Assembly: GCF_006345805.1 (NCBI RefSeq)
Contig: NC_043001.1
Span: forward strand, 125,426,001-125,490,000
DNA: 64,000 nucleotides
DNA from: Octopus sinensis
Lineage: Eukaryota
Reading direction: 5' to 3'
In this document: positions 52,860 through 64,000 of the stretch, piece after piece
Layout: each line of letters starts with the position of its first letter
Position numbering within the stretch: position 1 is the first letter of the stretch
Program-made: the position numbers and the translations under genes
The notes under the pieces: model-generated
What the model was told of the DNA's origin: nothing
The model's input: the letters and a program-made list of their open reading frames with translations, nothing else
Database searches by the model: none

Positions 52860-53280
52860 ATCATTATCATCATCGTTTAGCGTCTGCTTTCCATGCTGGC
52901 ATGGGTTGGACGGTACTACTGGGGTCTGGGAAGCGTGAAGGCTGCGCCAGGCCCTGTCTGATCTGGCAATGTTTCTATGGCTGGATGCCCTTCCTAACGC
53001 CAACCACTCCATGAGTATAGTGAGTGCTTTTTATGTGCCACCGGCACAGGTGCCAGGCGAGGCTGGCAAACGGTCACGATCGGATGGTGCTTTTTATGTG
53101 CTACCGGCATGGAGGCCAGGCGAGGCTGGCAAACGGCCATGATCGTTTGCCAGCCTCGCCTGGCCTCTGTGCCAGTGGCACATAAAAAGCACCATCCGAT
53201 CATGACCGTTTGCCAGCCTCATCTGGCACCTGTGCCGGTGGCACGTAAAAAGCACCCACTACACTCATGGAGTGGTTGGC
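52860..53280. mobile_element. Family A copy ending in a 137-bp-arm foldback
   Basis: 52999-53135 and 53144-53280 are inverted, about 10 mismatches, 8-nt spacer. Confidence 0.9.
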
Positions 53281-53313
53281 ATACATACATACATACATAC
53301 ATACATACATACA

Positions 53314-53344
<31 letters not shown>

Positions 53345-53647
53345 TGTTGTATTTTGGGATGTTCATTTTTTTTTTTGTGTGTGTGACAAAATATTTTCAG
53401 ACAATGGACATGAGTTAAAAATAAGAACAGTAATAAACAAGTGAAGAACAAATATATACTGACCATCCCGAAATACAACAATATCTATTTCAACATATGA
53501 TTTCACATCAGAAATCTTGCAACACAAACTGATAAACGTATATATATACCGGAGTAAACCCATAAATGTGAAACAAGGTGGAAAAAAGAGTACTCAAATA
53601 CCAGTGGTAGAGTAATATGCTTTATTTAAAGCAGCAGAAAATTCAAC

Positions 53648-53694
53648 AAAACCTGTTACTCTGAGTTTCACGTTCCCGTTCGTCAGACAGTTTT
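53648..53694 (-). ncRNA. Minimal type I hammerhead ribozyme, canonical core
   Basis: ctgt CTGACGA acg-GGAA-cgt GAAA ctc-a-gag TA acag; all core nucleotides present; GUA cleavage triplet at 53659-53657. Confidence 0.85.
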
Positions 53695-54288
53695 TGCTAG
53701 ATTCTAGCAAACTCAGAGTAACAGGTTTTGTTGAATTTTCTGCTGCTTTGAAATAAAGTATATATATATATATATAAATGATGGGCTTCTTTCAGTTTCT
53801 GTCTACCAAATCCACTCACAAGACTGGTCATCCCCAGGCTATAATACAAGACACTTGCCCAAGGATCTATGCAGTGGGACTGTACGTGGATCCATATGGT
53901 TATGAAGCAAACTTCTTATTGCACAACCATGCCTCCACCTATTCTACCAGTTAAAAAGACTTGTGTGTCTTTTGTTAGTCTTTGAAATGTTCGCTGCATC
54001 TGTTTTGCTTGTGACCACCAAAGAAAAACAACAGAAAAAAAACTTTCACTATCTTCTTTATAATCAAATATAAATACCACTACTTTGTTCTTTTAACCTT
54101 CAGACATGGCTGTAATTCATACCTGATTGAATATATAGAAATGTCTTTTATGCAGCTACTTCAAAAATTCAATTCTTTAGTCGAATGCATCAAACATTGT
54201 TGAGGCATGGGACTGAAAACAATTTCATCTGCAGTTTCTCTGCCAATCCACCAAACTCTATTTATAGACCATGTCAGCATATCTGGTC

Positions 54289-54387
<99 letters not shown>

Positions 54388-54428
54388 CAATATTATTATT
54401 ATCAATATTATTATCAATATTATTATTA
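54289..54428. repeat. (ATT)n/(ATCATT)n microsatellite
   Basis: Direct reading. Confidence 0.95.
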
Positions 54429-54513
54429 TTGAAAGACCAGTCAAGTACTGGGTTAAGTCAATGATATTAACCGACCACTTCCCCTCAATTTTAAGGCCTT
54501 ATGCCTTTGCTGT

Positions 54514-54835
54514 GAAGGCCCGTGGCTTAGTGGTTAGGGCATTCAGCTCACGATCATAAGGTCGTGAGTTCAATTCCCTGCAACACATTGTGTCCATGAG
54601 CAAGACACTTTATTTCATGTGGCTTCAATCCACTCAGCTGGCAAAAATGAGTAGTACCTATATTTCAAAGGGCCAGCCTTGAAATACACTTTGTGACATG
54701 CTTAACTTCCCTGAGAACTATGTTAAGAGTACACATGACTGTAGAGTGCTTAGCCACTTAATATTAATTTCATGAGCAGGCTATTCTGTTGATCAGCTCA
54801 ACTGGAACCCTTGGCATTGTAACCAAAGGAGTGTC
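54514..54835 (+). mobile_element. SINE family E, diverged
   Basis: A/B boxes and shared 3' half. Confidence 0.8.
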
Positions 54836-55087
54836 AGTATGCCTTTGCTAGAAGTAATTAAACCATAACAAGCAAGACCAAAGGAATTTCCATATTTTAT
54901 AAATTTTCAGATATTTTTATTTTGGTACTTCAGTTTATACAACTTCATAACATTGCTCCATAAAGTGAATACGAGAATTAGGACTTAGACAATGTTAATA
55001 GCAATATAATAGATATTAATTTTTGTCCTTTTGTTTGTTTGTTTTTTCTGTCTTTCTAACTCACCTACAACACGGAACATATGTACA

Positions 55088-55475
55088 CTTTTACTCTTTT
55101 ACTTGTTTCAGTCATTTGACTGCAGCCATGCTGGAGCACCGCCTTTAGTCGAGCAAATCGACCCCGGGACTTATTCTTTTTGTAAGCCCAGTACTTATTC
55201 TATCGGTCTCTTTTGCCGAACTGCTAAGTGACGAGGACGTAAACACACCAGCATTGGTTGTCAAGCAATGCTAGGGAGACAAACACAGACACACACACAC
55301 ATATATATATATATACACGACAGGCTTCTTTCAGTTTCCGTCTCCCAAATCCACTCACAAGGCATTGGTCGGCCCGAGGCTATAGCAGAAGACACTTGCC
55401 CAAGATGCCACGCAGTGGGACTGAACCCGGAACCATGTGGTTGGTAAGCAAGCTACTTACCACACACAGCCACTC
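55088..55475 (-). mobile_element. SINE family C
   Basis: Matches other family C copies. Confidence 0.9.
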
Positions 55476-55844
55476 ACTTTTGTATATAAAGATGTGTATA
55501 TAAAGATGTTTGTATGTGTGTGTGTGTGTGTGTGTGTGCGCATGTTTGTATGTCTGTAGATGAGAGACGCCAGGATCAATATCTCAAATAAATAAACCTT
55601 ATGGTGTTCAATTCCATCACAGGTACATCTCTTTACAATCCAGGTTAACTTTGCCTGTCTACCTTCTGAGGTCAGTTAAAATAAGTGCCAGACAAAGTAC
55701 TAGGATCAATATAATCGACCAAAAAAAAAACCTTGAAGGCATTGCACTGATATGGCCACAATCCAATGACGGCAAACAGTAAAATGAAGAAAAGAATATA
55801 TAATATTGCTAATAAATATTTCAAAACTATACTCAGCATCTCTT

Positions 55845-56083
55845 TTATCTCTTTTCTCTTTTTCTGGTTTCAGTCATTTGACTGCGGCCATGCTGGAGCA
55901 CCGCCTTTAATCGAGCAACTCGACCCTGGGACTTATTCTTTGTAAGCCCAGTACTTATTCTATCGGTGTCTTTTTGCCAAACCGCTAAGTGACGGGGACA
56001 TAAACACACCAGCATCGGTTGTCAAGCAATGCTAGGGGGACAAACACAGACACAAACATACACACACACACACACACACACAT

Positions 56084-56114
<31 letters not shown>

Positions 56115-56239
56115 CGACAGGCTTCTTTCAGTTTCCGTCTACCAAATCCACTCACAACCCAAGATGCCACGCAGTGGGACTGAACCCGGAACCATGTGGT
56201 TGGTTAGCAAGCTACTTACCACACAGCCACTCCTGCGCC
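55845..56239 (-). mobile_element. SINE family C with internal deletion
   Basis: Matches other copies; lacks ggctttggt...cacttg. Confidence 0.85.
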
Positions 56240-57019
56240 ATCTTGTATTATGTAGATGCATGTTTCTGTTACATTGCTAATATATTAATTTACATTGGCA
56301 CAAGCCTGTAGACACCTGGCAGAAACAGAATGATACTGTGTCATGCTCATGATCATACTTTCAAGGGTATTAGTGACGCAAGTAGTAGTGATGTAGTTAG
56401 AAATTGTTACTGGAAATGGGTCATGGATTAGGATTGCCGGGAGCTTATCTCTCTATGATCGCTACTATTGTTGGTATGACAAAGGCTGAAGAGTATCTGA
56501 TTAAGTCTATTTTTACTCTAATTAGTTTGTATTCAAATATTCACATCTAATGGGAATTGATTTACCGTTACATACCCTGATAAAATATGTTCCTATGTGT
56601 ATGTGTGTGTGTGTGTGTGTGTGCTTGTATGTATGTATGTATGTATGTATATGATGGTTTCGATGTATGTGCTTGAAGGAGAGGGCTTAAAGAAAGTAAT
56701 AGAAAGAAGTAAAAAAGAAAGAAAAAAAAACTAAGAAGCTGCTTCTATTTGTGATGGATGCATGAATGTAATTTCATTCATGGATGTTGGGGACATTGAT
56801 GATTTTGATTTTGCCTGGGATTGGGCAGATGTGTCTGTCGATTGTGAGTTATAGTTCTTCTGTTCTTTTTCTCCAATTCAAATTGTTTGGATACAGATTG
56901 ATCTTGGCAATGACTTTCTCAAGTTGTCAAGTTAAGCTGTAGAGATTTTAGTGATTGCCTCGACCTATCCTTATCCTTATATTGAGATAAAGATAAGATG
57001 AGAAAAAAAAACATACTAG

Positions 57020-57235
57020 TCTTTGGTTATTGGAATGTAAGAAATTTACAAGACAGCAAAGACAGCCTGAATGAAAAACAGTCCTAATTGCAAAGGTAAT
57101 CATCTCTTATAACATCAATATTGCTGCCTATGTGAAACTAGGCTTGCAGACACTGGTGAATTAGAGGAAGCTGGAAGTGGTTATACTTTTTTTTGGGAGT
57201 GGAAAACCGGCAGATGAATCAAGAATTCATAGTGT
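57020..57235 (+). pseudogene. RTE LINE AP-endonuclease N-terminal fragment
   Basis: WNVRNL..YNINIAA(L)CETRLADTGELEEAGSGYTFFWSGKP..RIHSV (frameshifted) matches the RTE endonuclease start. Confidence 0.8.
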
Positions 57236-58099
57236 ATGTATATATCTTCACTATTATGAATTAAGTTTCTAAAATGGATAAAGAAATTTGAAAGGTTGCT
57301 TTTGTCCAGTAGTTGAACACCTGTCATGTTTATGGAAGATATGGACTAAAATCTCATGGGTAACCTTCAGCTTTTTCTGTCCAGAGGGATTTTTAACCCA
57401 ATATTTACATTCTATTATTTATATCTTCATTTAAGGTGGCAAGCTAGCAGAATTGTTAGCATGCCAGGCAAAATGCTTAGCAGTATTTCATTCATCTTTA
57501 AGTTCTGAGTTCAAATTTCACCGAGGTCAACTTTGCCTTTCATTTCTTTGAGGCCAATAAAATAAGTATCAGTTGAGCACTGGGCTTTGTGTAATGAACT
57601 TAACCACTCCTCAAAATTACCATTGACTACATTGTCTTATATGCCCCTTTATGTTTGAGATGGTGAGGTATGATTTTAAGGAAGATTTTTCTACACTAGA
57701 GGACTACCAACTACTAGTTCATTTAGCATTTTGCTAGTACTTTTATGCTCTGAGTTCAAATACTATTTGTGCCTTTTGACATTTTGCAATTGATAAAAAT
57801 AAATACCAGCCCAATGTAGTAGTCAACTTAGTCTACTGTGTCCTCTTCTTCCACCAGAATATGTGGCCTTATGCCATTCTGTGACAAACTGTTAACTAAA
57901 TATACACCTCATATAACAAAGAAATGCTTGCTCAAAAGAAAAGAATAGAAAAGCTGAACACCAGTGGAGATGATGGTGATAGCGGTGATTAATAGTGGGT
58001 ATGCTACAAAGGGTTTAGGAGCTGGAGTGTTGCAGTCAAATAAGGGGTATGTTGATGATGAAGATTGGTGATGAAGATAGTAGTTGATAGCAATGGTTT

Positions 58100-58535
58100 T
58101 GACTGCTGCTAGTAGTAGTGGTTGTTGATGGTGGTGGTGGTGGTGGTACTGGCGGTGGTGGCAGTGGCGGCAGTAGCAGTGGTGGCAGTGTTGTGTCGGT
58201 GGTGGTAGTGGTGGTGGTGGTGGTGGTGGCAGCGGTGGTGATGGTGATGTTTGTACTATTGACAACTTGCATAACAAGAACAGTAAAGCAACTGATGATG
58301 ATAATGATGATGATTATGATAAAAGTGGCAGTATTGATAAAATTGACTTTGGATGTTGCAATGGTTGTGGTGAGTGATGATGATGATGTTATTGAAAATT
58401 TGTATAATGACAATGACAGTGAACATGCCGATATAATGATGGTGGTGGTGGTGGTGGTGGTGGTGGTGGTGGTGGTGGTGGTGATGATGATGATGATGAT
58501 GAGGAGGAGGAGGAGGAGGGGGAGGAAAAAGAAGA
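58100..58535. repeat. (GGT)/(GAT)/(GAG) low-complexity tract
   Basis: Direct reading; explains ORFs 57909-58582. Confidence 0.85.
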
Positions 58536-58764
58536 TGGGAAGGACGACTGATGACAATATAGCGCTACTTTCCAGATGCTGAAGGTTAAACTAGTTAAAT
58601 ACTCTGATGGATATTAATCCAAATCTGAAATTGATAAAGAATATACCACATGGCCTTCTCTGTATTGACTGGACTTGAAAGCTTAAGGAACAAGCTCGTG
58701 CTTACATATACACACATATAAGTTGAATATGTGTATGGGTGTATATATATATATATATATATAT

Positions 58765-59202
58765 ACACACGTCCAGACCTCTCATACGCACTAATACTCT
58801 CTCATACACACACACACACACTCTTCTCATACACACACACACACTCTTCTCATACACACACACACACTCTTATGTTGGAGCGAGGTCATTTAACCCTATT
58901 ATCTCCCCTAATTTCGCTCTTGCGTCTCACGTTTGATCTTTGACTTCTGGCCGAAATCAGATCGCCATGTTGATTCACTAGCCTCTGCACGCATATTTTT
59001 TTTCTCTCCTTCTTTCTGTGTTTTTTCTCTGTGTATCTTTCTGTTGAAGAGCGTAGGCTCGAAATGTTAAAGACTTGTTTTATTTATATTTCCTGAGCGC
59101 CATACTAATACAATTGTTTGTTTGTATTCCACCTGCCTTCGTCTTTTGTTTATTTCCGTAAACCTGCCTTCGTCTTTTGTCTATTTTCATAAAGCTTCCC
59201 GT
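58765..59202 (+). mobile_element. Penelope-type pLTR-like element with hammerhead-like motif (59036-59073, core CUGUUGA)
   Basis: tcttt CTGTTGA a gagc-gtag-gctc GAAA tg tt aaaga; (TA)n flanks; CpG retained. Confidence 0.6.
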
Positions 59203-59215
59203 TATATATATATAT

Positions 59216-59717
59216 AAACTACTCTACAAATAGAGGTAGGAAAACAACCTTGGTCATCAAGTGTTATGAAAAATAACCCGAAACAAGACATCCATTCTGG
59301 GTGAGATGGAGTTATCTCCCTTTGACAGGTTCCGATTACATCTGAAACTGGCCAGCACATGTACACTTTTTATCTGTTAGTTGGCAAGTGGGGAATTCCA
59401 TTTTTTCAACATGAATTTCTTCTGATGCGGGCACTGACTCAACACATCACTTTTGGTGTTATATATATATATAAACTACTCTACAAATAGAGGTAGGAAA
59501 ACAACCTTGGTCATCAAGTGTTATGAAAAATAACCCGAAACAAGACATCCATTCTGGGTGAGATGGAGTTATCTCCCTTTGACAGGTTCCGATTACATCT
59601 GAAACTGGCCAGCACATGTACACTTTTTATCTGTTAGTTGGCAAGTGGGGAATTCCATTTTTTCAACATGAATTTCTTCTGATGCGGGCACTGACTCAAC
59701 ACATCACTTTTGGTGTT
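59216..59717. repeat. Perfect tandem duplication, 257-bp period, (TA)n linkers
   Basis: 59216-59460 is identical to 59473-59717 by eye. Confidence 0.9.
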
Positions 59718-61157
59718 TATATATATATATATATAATGCAAATGGGTTAATAATTTTTCAGTAGAACTTTGTGAAAGACAATATATATCTTGCTAACAAC
59801 AACTGCATTGTTTCTGTATCTGTGTCCATGACGCATAACTCCCAAAAGTCACACCCATCTAGCTGTATAGAGATATCATAAACTAGCACCAGTTTAGTGC
59901 AATTCTATGAATTTTCTTGTGCTAAGTTTACCTCCTGTAGCTATAAATATCATTATTTCATCTGGATACGCTGTTCATCCACTTATACTATTTACCACAT
60001 GAATGCATGCAAATGCATATGTACATGAAACATAGGCTATAAAAAACCCTCTAGCAATGTTTTTGGTCTAAAATTGTTCTGCCAATGTTGCGTAATTTCA
60101 TTTGATTTTTTATTTCCAAACATGTGTGTGTATAATTCATACATATATACATCATACATATATATGTATGTGCACACACACACACACACACATACATATA
60201 TATTGTTGTGTTGTGTAGGTAGTTAGGGTAAATCGCAGCTGTTTCCTCTTGAAGCAAATCTACTTATTCCATTATTACTATCCAATTTGTAGTCTTAGTT
60301 ACTGTTGTGTGTTAGTTCGAAATATGTATTAAAATTGAGAATTATAGAAATATTGTTTGCAGAGTTATTGTATAATAAAGCAGGAAATGAGAATTTGGGG
60401 GGAATTATTTATTCACCATTGCACATGTTTCATTTGCAAAGTTTTACATGTTAAATAGACACATAAGGAATTTCCTATAAGAAATTCTTCAGACAGAGAA
60501 ATTAAATGATAATTATAATACATCTAGTTGTAGGTGTAAGCAAAATCATATGGATAAGACCTCTGCTATACAACCATGCAGCTCTATTGTCAATCTTACC
60601 GTCTGACATTTTGGGCAAGTAGCTTCTGCAATAAACTTCAAGTTGACCAATGTTTTGTGAGTGGAATTTAGTAAACAGAAGCTGTCTGGAGGCCCATCTT
60701 ATGTGCATGCATGTATATTATGTTCATTGAATACACAACTTTGTCCAAAATTATCCTATTCATTTTATATTTTGTTTTTCGGGGTTTTTTTTTTTTTTGC
60801 ATTTTCTTATTAGTTTTTCGAACAGGTAGTTTGGAACAAGAAGTTCCTAATTTCATATTCCAACATTCCAGACCTTCATAGTCTTATTTCCAAGAATTGA
60901 ATAGATTTGGCATCAGCATTGCTTCTTTGTTACTGGTTGAATTCATGTAAATTTTTCTGCCAAAGGATTATTTGACCGTTTAAGCTTCTACATCAGCAAT
61001 CCTGTGTTAATTTGTTCTGTTGTGGCTAAATTTTTGCCTGGTAGGTTTTCATGCTAGTAACCACATCTTCATTTTTCTTTATTTTATTGTTCCAAAACCA
61101 ATTGTAAAAACTAATAAGAAAACAAAAGGTCTTAAATAAAATAAATAAGCTTTATTA

Positions 61158-61330
61158 TTACTAGGTTGAGAAAAAAGTTTGTTTGCCACGTTAAAATAAT
61201 GATTTTTTATGCAAGAATTTATTCAAAAACAATGACTGTTCTTCAAAATAAAGACCATCATTTTCCACAACCTTCTGCCAATATCTGCAAGCTTTCGGAT
61301 TTAGTCAAACCACCAATACTTCGGCTTTGA
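61158..61330 (-). pseudogene. mariner 3' remnant with terminus
   Basis: YWQKVVENDGLYFE; terminal ta(c)taggttgagaaaaaagt resembles a mariner TIR. Confidence 0.55.
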
Positions 61331-61472
61331 ATTGAAAATAAACTTGAACACAGACATGTATTTATTTAAATATGCACCAAAAGAGCTATCTCCATATATA
61401 TACATGAGAAACAGACCTGCAATGGAAAAGGCATGATTGATGAGGTTGCATATGGCAGCAAAAGGACTTTAA

Positions 61473-62113
61473 GCCTTTACCATTTAGACTGGCCAGATCT
61501 GGCCTCTCACACCTACCTAACAATGTCATTCTGGAAATAAGCAATCCATCATTTAAATTTCAAAGGTATGAGATAATGCATGATTGATTTCAAACAAAGA
61601 GTCCAGAAGCTGGCTACCAGCATGGTTCTTGGTCTCAAGCATTTGTCTTATGAAGAAAGGCTGAAGACGCTCGACCTTTATTCTCTAGAAAAACGCCACC
61701 GCCGTGGTGATCTCATTCTTGCTCATAACATCATAAGCGGAAAGTGTAACCTCTCGAAAGAGCTGTTCTTCACTCCTGCTCCAGAGCATCGGCTGCGGGG
61801 TCACTCCGAAAAGCTCTATCTGCAACGATTTCATCTCAATCGAAGGAGAGGGGTTTTCTCCGTCTAGGTTGCGGATCCTTGGAATAAGCTGCCGGACGAG
61901 ATAGTAAGGATGCCGACGACCACTCGGTTCAAAGTCTCCCTTGACCACAAATGGCCTGAACTCTCTGCATGAACACCACCCTGTACATAACTCCATGTCC
62001 CCCTACATGGCCTTGCTTTTTGCTTTTTGAGCCAAATAATTAACTTAACTTAACTTAAACAATGTTAATAAATAAGTATTACATTTGACAGAGTAATCTG
62101 AAAGCTAAAAGGT
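61473..62113. mobile_element. piggyBac-like MITE (ccctttagcatt family) split by a CR1 insertion
   Basis: TTAA at 61469-61472 and 62114-62117; halves match the reverse complement of 26764-26983. Confidence 0.7.
61598..62056 (+). mobile_element. 5'-truncated CR1-type LINE, same family as 50765
   Basis: QRVQKLAT..YEERLKTLDLYSLEK..; premature TAG at 61865; (TTAAC)n tail; possible TSD aaacaa. Confidence 0.9.
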
Positions 62114-62921
62114 TTAAAAAAAACTTTGACAAACTTAGTTGATCAATTGATTAACCAAATAATTACTTAAACAATCGATTAGTTAATCGGTTAACTAATT
62201 GACTAATGAAAATACAGCAGTGACATAGAACCAGTGTATGTGACTATTATTAGCATACTAATCTTCCAGAGAAAAAACAATATACGAATATATTACATGC
62301 TTTTATAAATATTTATATATAAAAAGTCAAACATTAAATTAAAGAATCTCTCGATACTTTTCAGAAAAGTACTATATTTATATTATTTCTAGAAGACGAA
62401 AATGTTGGCAACATTTTAAAGTTGCATTGTGAAAGCTAGATGGCAAAAACTTTGAAGTAACTATCAACCTTGTAAGAATGTATGTTTACATATATACGTA
62501 CATATATATATACACAACACACATGCTCATGCATGTGTGTGTGTGTGTGTAAGATTCTTAAGGATTTACCTAACTTTCATGTCATTCAAATAGTGTAGTA
62601 AACAATTTGAAACACAGGTAAGGTAAATAAATCATTGATAATACATCTTCATTCATTATGTTCTTTCCCTCTCTATCTCTCTCTGTCCTCTCTCTCTCTC
62701 TCTCCCTGTATGCATGTATACATATATTTCTACAATTAAAAAATCTTTATTGCTTCTAACCTTACAGCAGTCAGGAACAATCATATCTTAGTCAGTCAGT
62801 GGAAGGACTTCACTACTTCATATGTTCTTAAAATTTAAATCCACATCTTTGTCTATATATCTACCTTCTCTATAATGTTGCCACTTGATTTGAAAATTTT
62901 TGTATTAATGGAAAACCTCTA

Positions 62922-63014
62922 TAATTGGCTGATGAGTACTCAGCATCTTAAATCTGTTGTAATACTTACAACATTTAATAAAATGATGTAGTACGAAACG
63001 ATCGTACCAAATTA
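62922..63014 (+). ncRNA. Type I hammerhead ribozyme, canonical core, long branched stem II
   Basis: ttgg CTGATGA gtact...agtac GAAA cgatcg TA ccaa; stem II extended by catc/gatg and ttaaat(ct)gttgtaa/ttacaacatttaa; GUA triplet at 63004-63006. Confidence 0.85.
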
Positions 63015-63074
63015 CTGGAGTCATTCTTTTGCTTATTTTGAGTATATATATATATATATATACATATATTTTCA

Positions 63075-63390
63075 TTTAGTTATTTCAGTCATTCGACTCT
63101 GACCATATTGGAGCACCTTGAAGGGCTTTAGTCAAACAAATCAAATCCTGGAGTTATTTTTTAAAGCCTAGTACTTATTCTATCGGTTTCTTTTGCCAAG
63201 CCACTAAGTTACGGGGGGTGTAAACACACAAACACCGGTTATCAAGCGATGATAGGGGGACAAACACAGATACAGAGACACACACACACCCGAAGCTATA
63301 GTTGAAGACACTTGCCCAAGGTGCCATGCAGTGGGACTGAAACAGAACCAGGTGGTAGGGAAGTAAGCTTCTTACCACACAGCCATACAT
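63075..63390 (-). mobile_element. SINE family C, diverged and deleted
   Basis: Matches other family C copies. Confidence 0.75.
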
Positions 63391-63621
63391 GTAGTGTATA
63401 TAAATATATTTGCCTGTGTTTATATTGCATCCCTTTATGTCTTGTAACCTAGCAGTCTAACAAATAGGAATTGATAAAATACATATTAGACTGAAATATG
63501 TATGATCAACTAAACCTTTCAGGGTGCCTCTCCAGCATGGGTATAGTTCAGTGACAAAATGCAATAACAGAATAGAATATATATGTGCATGTACACATAT
63601 ATAGATATGTATATATATGCT

Positions 63622-64000
63622 TTTATCCATTTACTTGTTTCAGTCATTTGACTGTGGCCATGCTAGAGCACCGCCTTTATTCGAACAAATTGCACTCAAG
63701 ACTTATTCTTTTGTAAGCCTAGTACTTATTTTATCGGTCTCTTTTGCTGAACCGCTAAGCTACATGGACATAAACACATCAACATCAGTGGTCAAGCTAT
63801 AGTGGAGGGGGGCAAACATAGACACACAAACATACACACACACACACGCACACACACACACACACATATATATATGAAAGAAGCCCATCGTGTATATATA
63901 CATGACGGACTTCTTTCTACCAAATCCACCTACCAAATCCATCTACCAAATCCACTCACAAAGCTTTAGTTGGCCCAAGGCTTTAGTAGAACACACTTGC
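63622..64000 (-). mobile_element. SINE family C, runs off window end; internal 13-bp triplication
   Basis: ctaccaaatcca(c/t) x3 at 63917-63955. Confidence 0.8.

Noticed and set aside
57909-58582. Overlapping 122-173 aa ORFs
   Set aside because: Trinucleotide low complexity on both strands; no domain.
59318-59360. GAAA-ctggccag palindrome in the 257-bp unit as a hammerhead stem III
   Set aside because: The upstream core is unrecognisable and U16.1 is absent.
833-63942. Most ORF-track ORFs (poly YI, HT, CV, I, M, S and SINE-derived peptides)
   Set aside because: They are translations of microsatellites or of repeats recurring throughout the window.
5571-64000. Minus-strand bias of family C SINEs
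   Set aside because: About 14 minus vs 6 plus by hand count; too few to be meaningful.

Overview
AT-rich, microsatellite-dense, repeat-dominated metazoan DNA. The repeat families look like those of an octopus (inference from recognition, not a search). No complete protein-coding gene can be supported: almost all ORFs in the track are microsatellites or repeats. The window holds several tRNA-head SINE families (labelled B-E here), a (GAT)n-tailed retro-repeat carrying 61-bp hairpin arrays (family A), CR1-type and RTE LINE fragments, decayed mariner/maT transposons, and MITEs of hAT, piggyBac-like, Kolobok-like and HINE-like type. The main unexplained structure is a set of type I hammerhead-ribozyme motifs of the minimal Penelope-associated kind. 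Two have canonical cores (53648-53694 minus, 62922-63014 plus). A head-to-head palindromic pair (43095-43244) has the core GUGAACA, a compensatory G3:C8 swap. Four more have variant cores (17366, 37797, 45305, 59036). Several sit in foldbacks or (TA)n tracts. Ribozyme activity is inferred from topology only. All coordinates and counts were read by hand.
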